Notes: a model not told the origin generated them from the sequence alone. A stretch of DNA of 62,703 nt, filler included, from Rhabdomonas costata (GCA_019059605.1; 42 parts of 42 records of this genome joined end to end with filler, not necessarily neighbours in it), one strand, 5' to 3'; counted from the first letter of the whole stretch, positions 12,141 through 23,933 are shown. Made by a program: numbers and translations.

Positions 12141-13044
12141 GTGGCCATTTTAGGTTGCAGCGCAGGATACCTCCCACTTATCTCGGAGTCCATGGGGGCC
12201 TCTGTGACCTACAACGTTGACTGTCACAGCTATGGTGTGGGCTTTTTATCCTTCATGTGCTTGTGTACGGGCACCGTGTGTATGTGGAAGGTGCAGGCGG
12301 ACATTTTCGATTCAAGTAGGAGCCCACTCTCGCTGTTGTCTCTCCTGTTTCCATCGATGATAGCGTATTAGCACCGGTGCTTGCATTTTTGATCAAAATG
12401 CTTCAGCGGGCGTAGTCCTTTATATCATGCACATCTATGGTGCATGTGTTAGCCATGCTTCCTTGGTGGGCGGGTGCAGAGGCCAATGTGACGAAGGCCG
12501 TCATCCAGGCCAACAAGCTCAGACAGATGCAGCAGCTCTTCGGACCCCGAGTGAAGGTATCTGATCGCCTTAGTGAGTTTAACTTGCCACACTACAGCTC
12601 TTTTGCTTCATTCGTGCCCACTCTTATTGCATGCACGGCTCGGCTGACAAGTGTGCCAGTATCAGGAGAAACGCCCTGCGGAAATGTGCCTCGTGGTATG
12701 GAAAGCACTCTTAAAGAAACTGACGGTCTCTGCTTTGAAGAATTAATCTGAAGTTTAAAGATTTCACCCGGTCCACGGTAAGGCAGTTACCTTCCCTCTC
12801 TACCCTAAGTTGGGCTATCGCATGACTTTTGTTTTCAAGTGCCAATCCCTGACTTCCACGTGTCCAAATCAAAAGAGGAAGGCAGCATCGTTGGGCACAA
12901 AACGACCATTTGGTTGATGTGCTGCGCATTGCATTCACCACATGCATATCCCACCCCAGGACTTTACCCCAGAGCAGCGCCGCATCGAGCTGTCGATGTT
13001 CTGCCAGACTTTCCGGCTGCTTTGTAAAGACCCAAGGAAGCTGG
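12141..13044 (+). CDS. Three exons (12141-12234, 12480-12556, 12960-~13044) of a divergent class I SAM methyltransferase-like protein
   Basis: Phases are compatible; VAILGCSAGYLPLISESMGASVTYNVDCHSYEANVTKAVIQANKL resembles motif I/post-I of PRMT/PrmA-type enzymes. Confidence 0.5.
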
Positions 13045-13630
13045 GTCTCTGCCCCCATCCCGCTCCAGCTTCTCTCCTATTTTGCGAGCTCTCCTTTCTT
13101 TTAACCAGTTTGAGTTTCGGTTTTATGTTGTTCCATGGGCACACTTCAGTTTTCAGTTTTTAACTACTATACTAACCGTGTAGTGTGAGGCAGGCTATCC
13201 CACACTGCAATGGGGACGCTGATCAGCGCACACTCGCACACGTAAGTGTGATTATGCAGTTTCAATTGAAACTTCAGTTAGCACAGGGAGTGGAAAAGGA
13301 TGCTCAGAACGCACACTCATCGCAGTGGGAAACTCGGAGTGTCAGACAGAAGACAACCAACANNNNNNNNNNNNNNNNNNNNNNNNNNNNNNNNNNNNNN
13401 NNNNNNTTAATTAATTAANNNNNNNNNNNNNNNNNNNNNNNNNNNNNNNNNNNNNNNNNNNNTGGGTGTGTTTGGGGGTTTGTGGTGAAGAGTGGAAAAT
13501 ATGTGCTGGGTTACGGGCAAGTGCTGCGGGAGCTTCGAATGGTGTTCATCTTTTGGGAAGCGCTTTTCTGCCAGGGAATTTCGTTTTGCAGGATTGGCTG
13601 CATCGGCCCGGCACTTCAAACCTTTTTCAG

Positions 13631-14173
13631 GGGCGCTCTAAGCTTGTGCTGATCTCAAACAATTGTAAGGCTCTGCGGAAGGCTGAGGTGGAGTACTACG
13701 CAATGCTGGCGAAGACTCCTGTGATTCACTACACGGGAAGTATGTGCCTCCAAAGTGATTTTTCGCTCGCCAGAGACCGTGTGGCGAGTGTGGGTTCCCC
13801 CATAGATGGATGAATTTAGGCTGAAAGGGTGCATCCGCCTGCCTCATCCGAAATTTGGTGAGGTCAGCGGTTTGCTCTTCAAATATAATAAAGGCACAGC
13901 AACATGCCTTTCTCAGGGATTCTCCTTATTTCAATATTTCATTGCCAAACCAACGGCCCATTGCCACATTCTTCAGCATAGAAGGGGGATAGCATTTATA
14001 TAGGGAGGATGGTAAAGATGTGGTTACCGCTGTTGGAACCACACCACACTCTGTGCAACCTGTTGTTCCTGATTCGATTGTTTCCACGCGCCTGTGTACT
14101 TCAGACTCCATCGACCTTGGCACCGCGTGCGGGAAGCTGTTCAACTCCTCTATGATGGGCATCATCGACCCAG
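13631..14173 (+). CDS. RPL30: 60S ribosomal protein eL30, two internal exons (13631-13739, 14105-14173)
   Basis: [60 protein letters not shown]; canonical phase-1 GT-AG intron 13740-14104. Confidence 0.96.
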
Positions 14174-14632
14174 GTTCGCAAAACCTTTTGCTCGTTCATT
14201 GGAACAGGAATTTTTCATCATTTATTTTCCAAAAAGAGGACAGTTATATGAGGGCGAAGCCGAAGCAGACCCGGGGTCTTTTGTATGAACAGTGGGCCTC
14301 CCAAAACGCTGCGTAGGCCGGTCCTTGCACTCAGGCCGGTACCCACCCGTGCCCGTGCCCCTCGGTGGCTCTATCCTTTTTTTAAAAAAAATTTTTGTGC
14401 CGCTTTTTTCCCCAGCGGAGGGTTTGCCGACAGCACCCACAACGCATGTACAAAAACCCACCTGCCTCTATCCCCGTGAAAGGTGCGCAGGCAACTGACT
14501 CTCGACCGCTTTGCCCACCAAAATCACTCAGTCAATGCTGGCCGGGACCAGGCACGACAACTGGAGCTTGATCGTGCTTTATTTATGGAGGTGCCGTTTA
14601 AAGCCGCCACTGCACCTCCCAGCTGCAGTACC

Positions 14633-14857
14633 TCAAGCCACCTGTTGCGCCTGCGCCAACCGCCGTGCCACCGCACGGGCCAGCGCTTGCGACACCGCCA
14701 CCCAATGCCTGGACCGCCACCTCGCGCAAACCCTCGCCAATACGCAGGGCTCGCTTGCGAGCCTGGCGACCAGGCGTTGCCCATATTGAAACCACGCCCC
14801 CGTCGTCTTTGCGACCGCATACCACAGTTCCCAATACCTCTCCTTGCACAACCCCAC
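14633..14857 (-). mobile_element. 3' remnant of a CRE-like non-LTR retrotransposon (end of the restriction-like endonuclease domain)
   Basis: ..VAKTTGAWFQYGQRLVARLA...WVAVSQALARAVARRL resembles the ExxGAW...SxALxRxxA C-terminus of RLE-bearing elements. Confidence 0.4.
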
Positions 14858-15583
14858 NNNNNNNNNNNNNNNNNNNNNNNNNNNNNNNNNNNNNNNNNNN
14901 NTTAATTAATTAANNNNNNNNNNNNNNNNNNNNNNNNNNNNNNNNNNNNNNNNNNNNGTTGGTGTGGGCACTTGTTCGGGTTCATGTGTTTCTTGTGTTG
15001 CTGTAATGGGGCTGGTGGTGGCGGTGGCCTCCACGGAACTGCACCGACCTTTTTCCTTGGCTTTTTGGGGTGGCTGCGGGACCCGGAGTGCTTCCCTGGC
15101 CGCTTTGAGTGGTGCGGAGCGGACGGCTTTTCTTTCTTTCTTTCGTTGGTACTTTTCCCAACCCGCTGCAAATTACCGTGCGTGCCCTATGTACCGGATC
15201 CAGAAAAACAAAAACTTTACTATCCTACATTGACAAAGACCAACTCTTTAAATTTCAACGGGACCCCCCTTTTTTTTCGGAAGCGGAAAACAGCAGCTAC
15301 GGAACCGTGCGCACAAAAGGGTATCAAAAGCCAAGTCCATGTATCACACGCCAACCGTAAAAAGCCGACCAGACTATCATAAGATATATACAACTCTTGT
15401 ACAAATGGCCCTCCCTTCCGCTCGACTCCGGCGCGTGCTGAGTCCAACGCAAAGCTTTTTGCAAAAGATGGCATATAGCACGGCGAAAAAAAATCGCAGG
15501 TCACGCAGTTGCACAATGCACACGGAGAAGCATCCCCGTTGTAACTGGGGCAAAACGCCAGCAAGGATGCCATAGCCGAACCC

Positions 15584-16348
15584 TTACAGAGACTGGAAGC
15601 TGCCCCACTTCCGCGCCTCTGTCAAGTTGCAGAGGACGGTCACCTTATCGAGAACGTTGAGCTGCAGCAGCTGACGCCGGGCATTGCTCGCGTCCGAGCA
15701 AAACACGACCACTTGGCCCTTATACCCCAGCTGGCGGAGCTGCTTTACTAGCCGAGCTCCAGCGCCGCGATCCAGTGCGTCGCGGTTTGCAGGGTCCTCC
15801 CCCTTGCGTGACATGTCGGTGATAATGCGGAAGTAGTCCAGGCCCAGCTGCAAGGCACCCGGGTTCACCCGCACCCACTGCTCAAGCTCGGGCGTGGAGG
15901 AAAGCCAGTGGACCACCACTCCGCTGTCGCGAAAATTCATCCGAAGCGCCTCGTTCTGCTGCCACTGGTCATCCACCCACAGCAGCTTGGGTCTGTTTTG
16001 TGTGTCGAAGCGCTCCACCTCGGTCATCTCTATCGTAGGCGGGTTGCCCGCGTTCGGTGGAGTAACACTGTCTACCCTCCAGAAAGTCAGCACACTATGC
16101 ATCACCTCTTCTTCGGTAGGGTACTCTGAAAAAGTCCGCACGTAACGGCCTGACTTACTGCGAAGCTTAAAAAGGAGCGACCCCATTGAGCCAGCGAAGC
16201 GCTGCGCCTGCGCTTTGGAGATGGAGGTGCTCAGGACTCCAACGTACCCTATCACTCGACCAGGGCTGTATAACCGAAAGAGCTCGTCCAAGGTGAGATC
16301 ATTGCGTTGCCCCCACCAAACTAGCGTGGTGCCCCCTTCGTCTACCAC
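15584..16348 (-). CDS. 5'-truncated intronless gene: R-S-E type ADP-ribosyltransferase domain fused to a C-terminal response-regulator receiver-like domain
   Basis: VWWG...YSPGRVI...LSTS...AQRFAG...FSEYPTEEEV (ART), then KLLWVDD...FRIITDMSR...AGARLVKQLR...VVVFCS (REC); 254 codons open from the contig edge. Confidence 0.8.
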   Translation of the reverse strand: MVDEGGTTLVWWGQRNDLTLDELFRLYSPGRVIGYVGVLSTSISKAQAQRFAGSMGSLLFKLRSKSGRYVRTFSEYPTEEEVMHSVLTFWRVDSVTPPNAGNPPTIEMTEVERFDTQNRPKLLWVDDQWQQNEALRMNFRDSGVVVHWLSSTPELEQWVRVNPGALQLGLDYFRIITDMSRKGEDPANRDALDRGAGARLVKQLRQLGYKGQVVVFCSDASNARRQLLQLNVLDKVTVLCNLTEARKWGSFQSL

Positions 16349-16459
16349 ACACCNNNNNNNNNNNNNNNNNNNNNNNNNNNNNNNNNNNNNNNNNNNNTTA
16401 ATTAATTAANNNNNNNNNNNNNNNNNNNNNNNNNNNNNNNNNNNNNNNNNNNNGTTGGT

Positions 16460-16577
16460 GGTGAGCTGTTTGATCTTCTGCGATTTCTCCGCCTGCAGCT
16501 TCATGTACTTCGCCCTCCATGAGGCGAAGTACATGAAGCTGCAGGCGGAGAAATCGCAGAAGATCAAACAGCTCACC
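16460..16577. repeat. Contig-terminal fold-back inverted repeat (55-bp arms), amplification chimera
   Basis: 16460-16514 is the exact reverse complement of 16523-16577. Confidence 0.9.
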
Positions 16578-17824
16578 GCCGAGTCAACGGAGCGGTTGCT
16601 GCCATTCATCCTGCTATTGTCCTTATTTTGCTCAATATTGGGGGGAAGATCTCCATCTCTTCGCTGCCTTTGGGGCTTTGGCGGTTATTTCGGTTCTTTT
16701 CTCACGGATTGGAGTGGTGCAGTTGTGTTGAAATGTCGCGGTGAATGAAACAACACTTCACCGTTTCAAAAATTTCAAAAATAAAATGAAACCTATTCCA
16801 GGGAGGAGACCTGGAACACCCGCTACGAGACCCTCCGAGAGAAATACCAAGAGACCTTGGAGCAACAGGAGAGCCACGAGAGGGCGCGCCGGGAGGACCG
16901 AGAGGAGCTGCGGCGTGCGGTGGCCGCGGAGCGCGACAAGCTCAGCGTGGGCTGGCAGAATCAGAGGCTGGTGCTGATGAAGGAGTACCGCGCCGCGGAA
17001 GAGAACCTGTGCGCGCAGCATGAGGCGGACGCTGCTCAGGCCAGGGAGAACTTTGAAAAGGTCCCACCACACACTCAAACACATACGCACGCAGTGCACC
17101 CGCGCACAAGTTAAAATGAGCCAGCTGAGACCGGCCGTGTGGACAGAGCACATGGTAAAAGTCTGCCAAAGTGCTGCCCCTCATCACCCAACACAATTGA
17201 CAGCATACCCATGCACCTGCAACTTCTAAGCCTGATGTGAATGCAGTTGGTAGCCGGTAACGGCCTTCCCTTCGGTGCATCTCCAAACGTCCTCTGTTTC
17301 TCAGCTACACGCTCGTACCGTCATACTCTCTGGTTGCGGTTGCGAAGTGGCAGAAGGATGCCCAACACATTTGAGCCTCAAAAATCAAAGAAAGCTAATC
17401 TGGAGTGCAAAGACCACCGCACAGCCGTTTCCTGTCCTTCGGCTCAAGCCCCAATATGCTTATAAGTACAGCTTCTCCATCAAAACCAACACTTTGTTCA
17501 AAACGACCAGCACTGGATCGAGGGTGGTTTGCTTTTCCTTGCTTATGGACACCCACCCAGGAAATGGCCCTGGTCGTAGAGGAGCATCGGCTGAAGGTGG
17601 AAAGCCTGACCCGACAGAACGTCAGCCTTCGCCAGCAGGCCGAGCAAGGCGCCCGGGACAAGCTGGAGCACCGTAGGACGCTGCAGCAGGGCTTGGATCG
17701 CCTGGAGGAGGCCCAGGCTGCGGCGAATGCCCTGCTCGAGGCTCACATCACGGAGGGGATGGCGGAGCTGGAGCAGTTCCAGAAGTTCTCCCTCGACAAG
17801 GCCGCAACAGGCTGGCAGAGGAAG
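16515..17824 (+). CDS. Three exons (~16515-16594, 16802-17060, 17561-17824) of a long coiled-coil protein
   Basis: E/Q/R/K-rich heptads; GT-AG junctions with matching phases (2, 0). Confidence 0.75.
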
Positions 17825-18058
17825 GTCGCCATGCCTTACCCACAAAAACNNNNNNNNNNNNNNNNNNNNNNNNNNNNNNNNNNNNNNNNNNNNTTAATTA
17901 ATTAANNNNNNNNNNNNNNNNNNNNNNNNNNNNNNNNNNNNNNNNNNNNGGTTTTGGTGTGAACCATTGGCTGCCCGTATGCGCGTGCAAGTCCTGTTGT
18001 TTTTGTTTGAATACTGTAGCTTGATTAGTTAATCTGGGGGCATTTGTGGGTTACATGC

Positions 18059-19186
18059 CTGGTGGGTGTGCCGCGTTGGTGAGGCTCATCAGGAACACCG
18101 CCGAGGCGACCGCGAGCCCCGATGAGAAGCACCGGAAGTCATATGGGTCCCCGAACGCAGAGAAGATTTTCTGCACGGTCACCCCGGCCAGGGCAGACAC
18201 CACGTGACCCAACACAAGGTTGCGGGGCTGCGCCAGCGGGGAGGAGATCGCATTGTAAACCAGCACTGCGGAGGCTCCAAAGCTGGGCACGATCATCGCC
18301 AGGTCGGTGCGCTCTAGAGCGCCAAAGTGGATGGCACCCACCGTGGCGATTCCGATGAATGTGAACAGGGTAGACCACACCCGGGGAGCTGCAAAGAGAT
18401 CAGAGAACCGCCGCCAATGCGAAACTGACGAAGAAAGATACGGTATTGAAGCGCTAATAAAGTGGTCATGGCGTGCAACGCTCAAGTATGCATGCCTCGG
18501 AAGATGGCCCACTATTTTTAGGACACCACACCTCGGCACTGAGCCGTGGCCAGAGGCTGCATAAGCACGGCAGAGGAGCACTGCCATTGGTCCAGGTACC
18601 AAACCAATCAAGCTATGATGCCCAATGCCTGACAGCTCTGTTTCCGTCGCGAGGGGAGGAGTGAGGGGAGGAGTAATCCAGGGCTGACGCTCCAGCTAAG
18701 ACGCAGAAATCTCAGAACACCCTTCTGCACGAAACAATACCGCAGCCCAGTTCTCAGAACCGAACTTGCTCATTCCTAAAAAGCGTTTTAACGCATACGA
18801 CTTCACAACACACCAAACGAACCCCAGAGCTCCGATGGAGGACGGGCAGCACCAGGGCGACCCTTGAACTTCATCACATACTCCATCCACCAACCACGGG
18901 GCTCCACTACTGCCCCCACGCTCTCCCCAATCTCGGGATCTCTGGGTGCCTTGCCCGAACTCGACCCCCCACTATCACAGGCCGGCCCGGGGTCTGACAG
19001 AGGCATTTCAACAACGTGTGGAGGAGGGACCGGACCCATGGACACCGCATGAAAGGCTCGGGCATCAAGAGCAACGACGGGGTCTTGGGAGGTCACCGGC
19101 ATGTAGTCCGTGGGGAACTGGCCGTTTTCTCTTTCTACTGGAACCCCTGGCAAGGCCTCCGTTCCGGCGCTGTCGCAGGAAGCCAT
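18059..19186 (-). CDS. HPP-family integral membrane protein, first two exons (18823-19186, 18059-18388)
   Basis: PSFGASAVLVY..SSPLAQPRNLVLGH...AVASAVFLMSLTNAAHPPG signature; phase-1 GT-AG intron joins PSELW-A-PRVWS; next donor is probably GC. Confidence 0.9.
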
Positions 19187-19476
19187 AAAGCAAAGCGAGA
19201 GCTACTTGATCCCCAAAAGGACCCGTGGCACCCCCGGGACGAACGGGCGGAAGAAAGGTACAGGGAATGCGAGGAGGAAGGAAGCAAAGCAATTGCGCAG
19301 GGCAAGGCACAACAGGGTACAAGAGAGGTCGAAGTCACATGCACANNNNNNNNNNNNNNNNNNNNNNNNNNNNNNNNNNNNNNNNNNNNTTAATTAATTA
19401 ANNNNNNNNNNNNNNNNNNNNNNNNNNNNNNNNNNNNNNNNNNNNTGTTTGTGGTTGTGCCTCTTTTTTTGCGCAG

Positions 19477-20572
19477 GTTTTGCTCAGCTGCAGCCATGTG
19501 TTTCACAAGGTGCTGCTGCTGTGGGAAAACTATTCTCGTTGAAGGGTAAAACCGTGTGGATTGGCTAGAACTGCTTCTACTCATTGTTTTCTTCTGCAGG
19601 CGTGCATCACTTCCTTTGAGAAGTTTGTGCGTACGAAGCAGTGCCCCTTGTGTCGAAGGCAAGGTAAGTTTGGTTCCTTTCGGTTCATTGAGTTTCACCT
19701 GGCAACAACATTTGCGGGTGACTTATAGTTGTTTACCGGTTTGGCTTGTCGTTGGCTCGCAGAATACCAAAAGCGGCTGATCAACGACGGCGCTGTTGCG
19801 CTTCAGCACCTCACTGCTATTAAGTGTGCCGCTGTATGTGTGTGTGTGTGTGTGCGCGCGCGCTATTAAGTGTGCTGTGTAGGGCGTAGTGTGTATTTTC
19901 TTTCCTTTCTCTCTCTCCTTTTTTTTTAACGAATGCACTGTTGTGCTGTTCATAGGATCCAGTCGGTTTGGCGAGGATACCTTGCCCGTAAAGTGCGATT
20001 CCACCTTCTGCTTGACCGTGATCCCACAATGAAGAGAGCATATCACTTTGGAATTGTATGATGATCCCCCACACCGCATTCACTGGTTTGTCGATCACTT
20101 CGCATCTCCGAATTGCACGGGTATATCCGATGATTTTTCGGGTGACTTTCAGTGATTCACCTGTAGTTCTCAAACATACTGCAGAGCAAGGGGATCGCCG
20201 TTTCTGGTGAGTGTAAACTCCACGATGCGTAGCAATATTTCCTTGTCTCCAATCGAATGTGAAAAAGTTGGCGAACTTTGTTCATATCCCCTGAAGAGAG
20301 TAGATATTTTTGCTGCATAATGTTTGCGCCAAATCCTCTTAAGTGGGAGGCAATTTGGTGAACCGAAAACAGGCGCACGACAGTACTACTGAGATTGCGA
20401 CAGGTTTTGATAAACACGCGCACAGGTCCAGAGAATCGGCGCGAAGTGGGCCGCGGCGGCGGAGCAGCATGCGCGGGAGGTGGATTCCTTCTTGGACCAG
20501 CTGGACCGGCAGCGGTGCCGAGCTCTCCTTTCCGCGATGACCACGGAGGACTGGAAAGGGGTGGCCCACAAG
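19477..20572 (+). CDS. RNF32: RING finger protein 32 homologue (RING-IQ), five exons: 19477-19509, 19600-19663, 19763-19823, 19956-20055, 20426-20572
   Basis: VLLSCSHVFHK|ACITSFEKFVRTKQCPLCRRQEYQKRLINDGA...AIKIQSVWRGYLARK...MTTEDWKGVAHK; all GT-AG with consistent phases. Confidence 0.9.
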
Positions 20573-21740
20573 GTTCACCTTGTTTCTCATCCGTTAGAGC
20601 TGAAGGGAGACTTAGCAACATCCCATGAAGGCTCCGCGTGTTATTGTTAGCACAACAAACACAACAACGTGCTCCGTTCATTTCTTTCAATGCTGAGGGT
20701 TTGGGGAGAATCCTCTTCCAACTCTGTTTGAAGGGGATTCGGAATCGTGAGACCCTACTTTTTGTCGTGAGCAACCCGTCGAAATTTGGCATCCCCCCCT
20801 CCATGTCGCCTACGCAGTACTCCTAAGCAACTTCCAAGCCGNNNNNNNNNNNNNNNNNNNNNNNNNNNNNNNNNNNNNNNNNNNNTTAATTAATTAANNN
20901 NNNNNNNNNNNNNNNNNNNNNNNNNNNNNNNNNNNNNNNNNTTGTTGGGGTGAACTTGTCAGAGTTGCCTGTAGACGTGTTGTCGATTAATTTCCCTACC
21001 TAAGCAGTGCTCCTCTCGCTGCGCAGCTTCAAGACAGGTCAAAATCGACTTGGGAGGAGCTGGCGGCAGCCGCCACAACGTGTCAATAATATAGCAAAGC
21101 TACTCAGTGTGGATAAAGAAGAAAAGGGGGTGGCTGCTGATTGAATAAACATACGCTAACATGAAACGTGCGGACATTGGCAGAAGCCAAGTGCAAGGAG
21201 CCAAATCACAGGTCACGGCACCCCCCCAAAAACTGCCACTCTGTACCCGTCCACAGCCATGGGCTCACCAAACGGCCTGAACGTCCTCCTTCTTCATAGT
21301 TCCTTCCACCGTACGGGGCCATCTCCGGAAACGACCCCTTCCCACCCGCTACTCGCATGTGCAACCCCGAAGTGCAGTTTCAGTCCCAATTGGTTAATCG
21401 AGGCTTCCTCTGAGGCTTTTTTCACACTACAGACACACATAATTAGCACAATTTATAGCCCTCATTGCCCTTTTCTTCTGGTCGGCCTGTTTAAACCTTG
21501 GTAATGATAAATCTTCTTTCAATCCGCTGTTGGTCGTCATCCCGCCGCCGCTGGTCATCAGCTTGTCGCCGGGTCGTGCATTGAATTAGATCACTGTGGT
21601 GGTTGGGCTCATGCCAATGGTTCCGCAACAATGCAAGAGGTGTGGGCCCATTGCCCAACACCAGCGTCTGTTTTCATCCGCCCTCAAACAACCCCGAAAC
21701 AGCAAGACCCGCACAGCAACGCACACACAACACAGGTAAC

Positions 21741-21947
21741 CTCGACCACAAAGGTCATGGGCTGTAGAGCGGCGGCCAGTGAGCTCCTCTCGCAGTCGGC
21801 CAGCTGCCCAAGAAGGACACAACAGTCCTCCTCGGCCTTCTCCAGCTCACGCCGCGCGCAGGTCTCGCCAGCCTGAAGCAGCTCCAGAGTAGAATAGAAT
21901 TCGTTGCGCACTCGGGCGTGAGATCGCAGAAGGTTCTCGTCACGGTC
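21741..21947 (-). CDS. Exon of an unknown helical protein
   Basis: AG|DRDENLLRSHARVRNEFYSTLELLQAGE...MTFVVE|GT, 207 nt. Confidence 0.5.
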
Positions 21948-22125
21948 CTTCGCGCAGACAAAAAGGAAATGAATGGGCAATAGGAAATGAATGTCAAACA
22001 TGGTGTCACTCTGCTGGGAATATAAAACTAAACTGGCGGGGCAGTAAGAAGCAACACACTGCTTCTGCATCTAACCGATTCACATATTGAGACAGAAAAA
22101 CACTGGAAACACCCGAAATGGCTGT

Positions 22126-22187
22126 ATTTCTATTCCTATTTCTATTTCTATTTCTATTTCTATTTCTATTTCTATTTCTATTTCTAT
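22126..22187. repeat. (TTTCTA)n microsatellite, with a shorter copy at ~22243-22260
   Basis: About 10 tandem hexamers. Confidence 0.9.
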
Positions 22188-23007
22188 ACTATTTCAATGT
22201 CGCTGATTGCCCCCCCCCCACACACACATTGACTCTGTCATATTTCTATTTCTATTTCTATAATATGGCCCGTGTCACCTCAAAAGTAAGAGGTGACCGT
22301 AGAAAGTTAAAATCAGGTTGAAAGAGTAAGGAATAAGNNNNNNNNNNNNNNNNNNNNNNNNNNNNNNNNNNNNNNNNNNNNTTAATTAATTAANNNNNNN
22401 NNNNNNNNNNNNNNNNNNNNNNNNNNNNNNNNNNNNNGTGGGGGTGGGGGTGGGGGTGCTGTGTGTTGCCCTTTCGGCGTGCAGTGCTGGGTGGCGGTCG
22501 CCTCCTCCGGTTCGTTTCTGCTCCCGTGTGGGCGGCTGTGCGCTGGAGTGCCCTTATATCCGAGTCACTCATTTTTCACAGCTCCTTTTTCGTGCGTGGA
22601 GATGTTTTTTCTGGGGCGTTTAGCTTTTCCACGGCCAACCAAACTAGTTCATGAAAACCGGGTCAACGAAAACGCGGGCTCGGCAATGCGCGTGCGAAGA
22701 ATTCTGGGCAAACAACCGCAGCTCCACCGTGGGACCACACATACCTCTTCCAAGCGTTCAAGAAAATTAACCCTTCACAACCCCTGGATTTGCAACGTTC
22801 GCAGCTTTGAAAGCTGTATTTCTGAGGTGTCGTGGTGTTGTGGGGGGTTCAAACTAATGTTGAAAAAGACGAGTGGCATGTACCTAGTTACCGCGCATAT
22901 ATTTTACCAATTCGTTTCGACTGCTCAGACCATCAGACCTCTGATTTCCAATCCCGGCTCCAACATCCTCATACCAAAACACCAACTCGGAGTTGTCACT
23001 GTTACAC

Positions 23008-23833
23008 TTATGCGGCAGGGGGCCCATCGGAAAGCGCGAACACAGTTGCCTCAGTACCCAGCAGAGCCCCAACTGAGGAGGCAACCTCACTGCTGCGGTG
23101 TGTGTTTGTTGTCACCACAGTGCTGACACTCAGCGGGGCCAGAAAAGCTGCCAAGTGCGCCCCAACAGCCGCGCGGAGGTCCTCAAGCTGCACACTTTGC
23201 AGCACGTCCCATCTAACGGTCCGCACAGAGAAGCATCCACAATGGAAGTGTTGTGCGACGATGAGTGGTGTGGGTCGTCCGACAGGAAGAAAGGGTGGTA
23301 TAGAGCGGAGATATCCGAATTCTTCGATACGCTTTTCGCGAAGCGTATCGAAGATAGGACGGATACATTTTGAAGTCATCAAGTCAACCTCACTCCGCAA
23401 ATTAAGCCACAGACGACAAATTTCTCAGTCCCTGTCAGTTTTAACCTACCTCTAGACCGATTTTGCCGGTACTTCTGCTTCTTTTTCTTTCCACTTTCGC
23501 GCCGAGCACGCTCAACACTCTCAACACACGCTCACGCCCAGGTACCTTGGCTCTGGGTTGGGGCAGTCGGGCCGCATGAGGTAGGCTGTGTACGCCGCCG
23601 ATATGGCATGAACAGGAGTAGCCCTCCCGCTCTTCAGGAGGTACGCGTAAGAGGCCTGCAAGAGCACAGCCAACCCACAACTTTCTAATTGTCCTCATGA
23701 ACAAAACAAGCTCCAATGAATCGAAACGTCTTCTCACCTTGGCGCTGGAAATGTTGAACTCAGACAAGATGGTCCGAACGTAGGTGTCGTCCTCAAGCAA
23801 GCGGCGAAGGATCCCATGGAACTCTGCACCCCC
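23008..23833 (-). CDS. Probable spliced gene fragment, function unknown
   Basis: Two long minus-strand frames joinable by a ~60-nt GT-AG intron (23389-23449): ...KIGLE|VDLMTSKCIRPIFD... Confidence 0.35.
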
Positions 23834-23933
23834 NNNNNNNNNNNNNNNNNNNNNNNNNNNNNNNNNNNNNNNNNNNNTTAATTAATTAANNNNNNNNNNN
23901 NNNNNNNNNNNNNNNNNNNNNNNNNNNNNNNNN

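Noticed and set aside
22118-22321. Hydrophobic FLFLFL ORF (also FCFVL ORFs at 36301-36630)
   Set aside because: Translations of microsatellites
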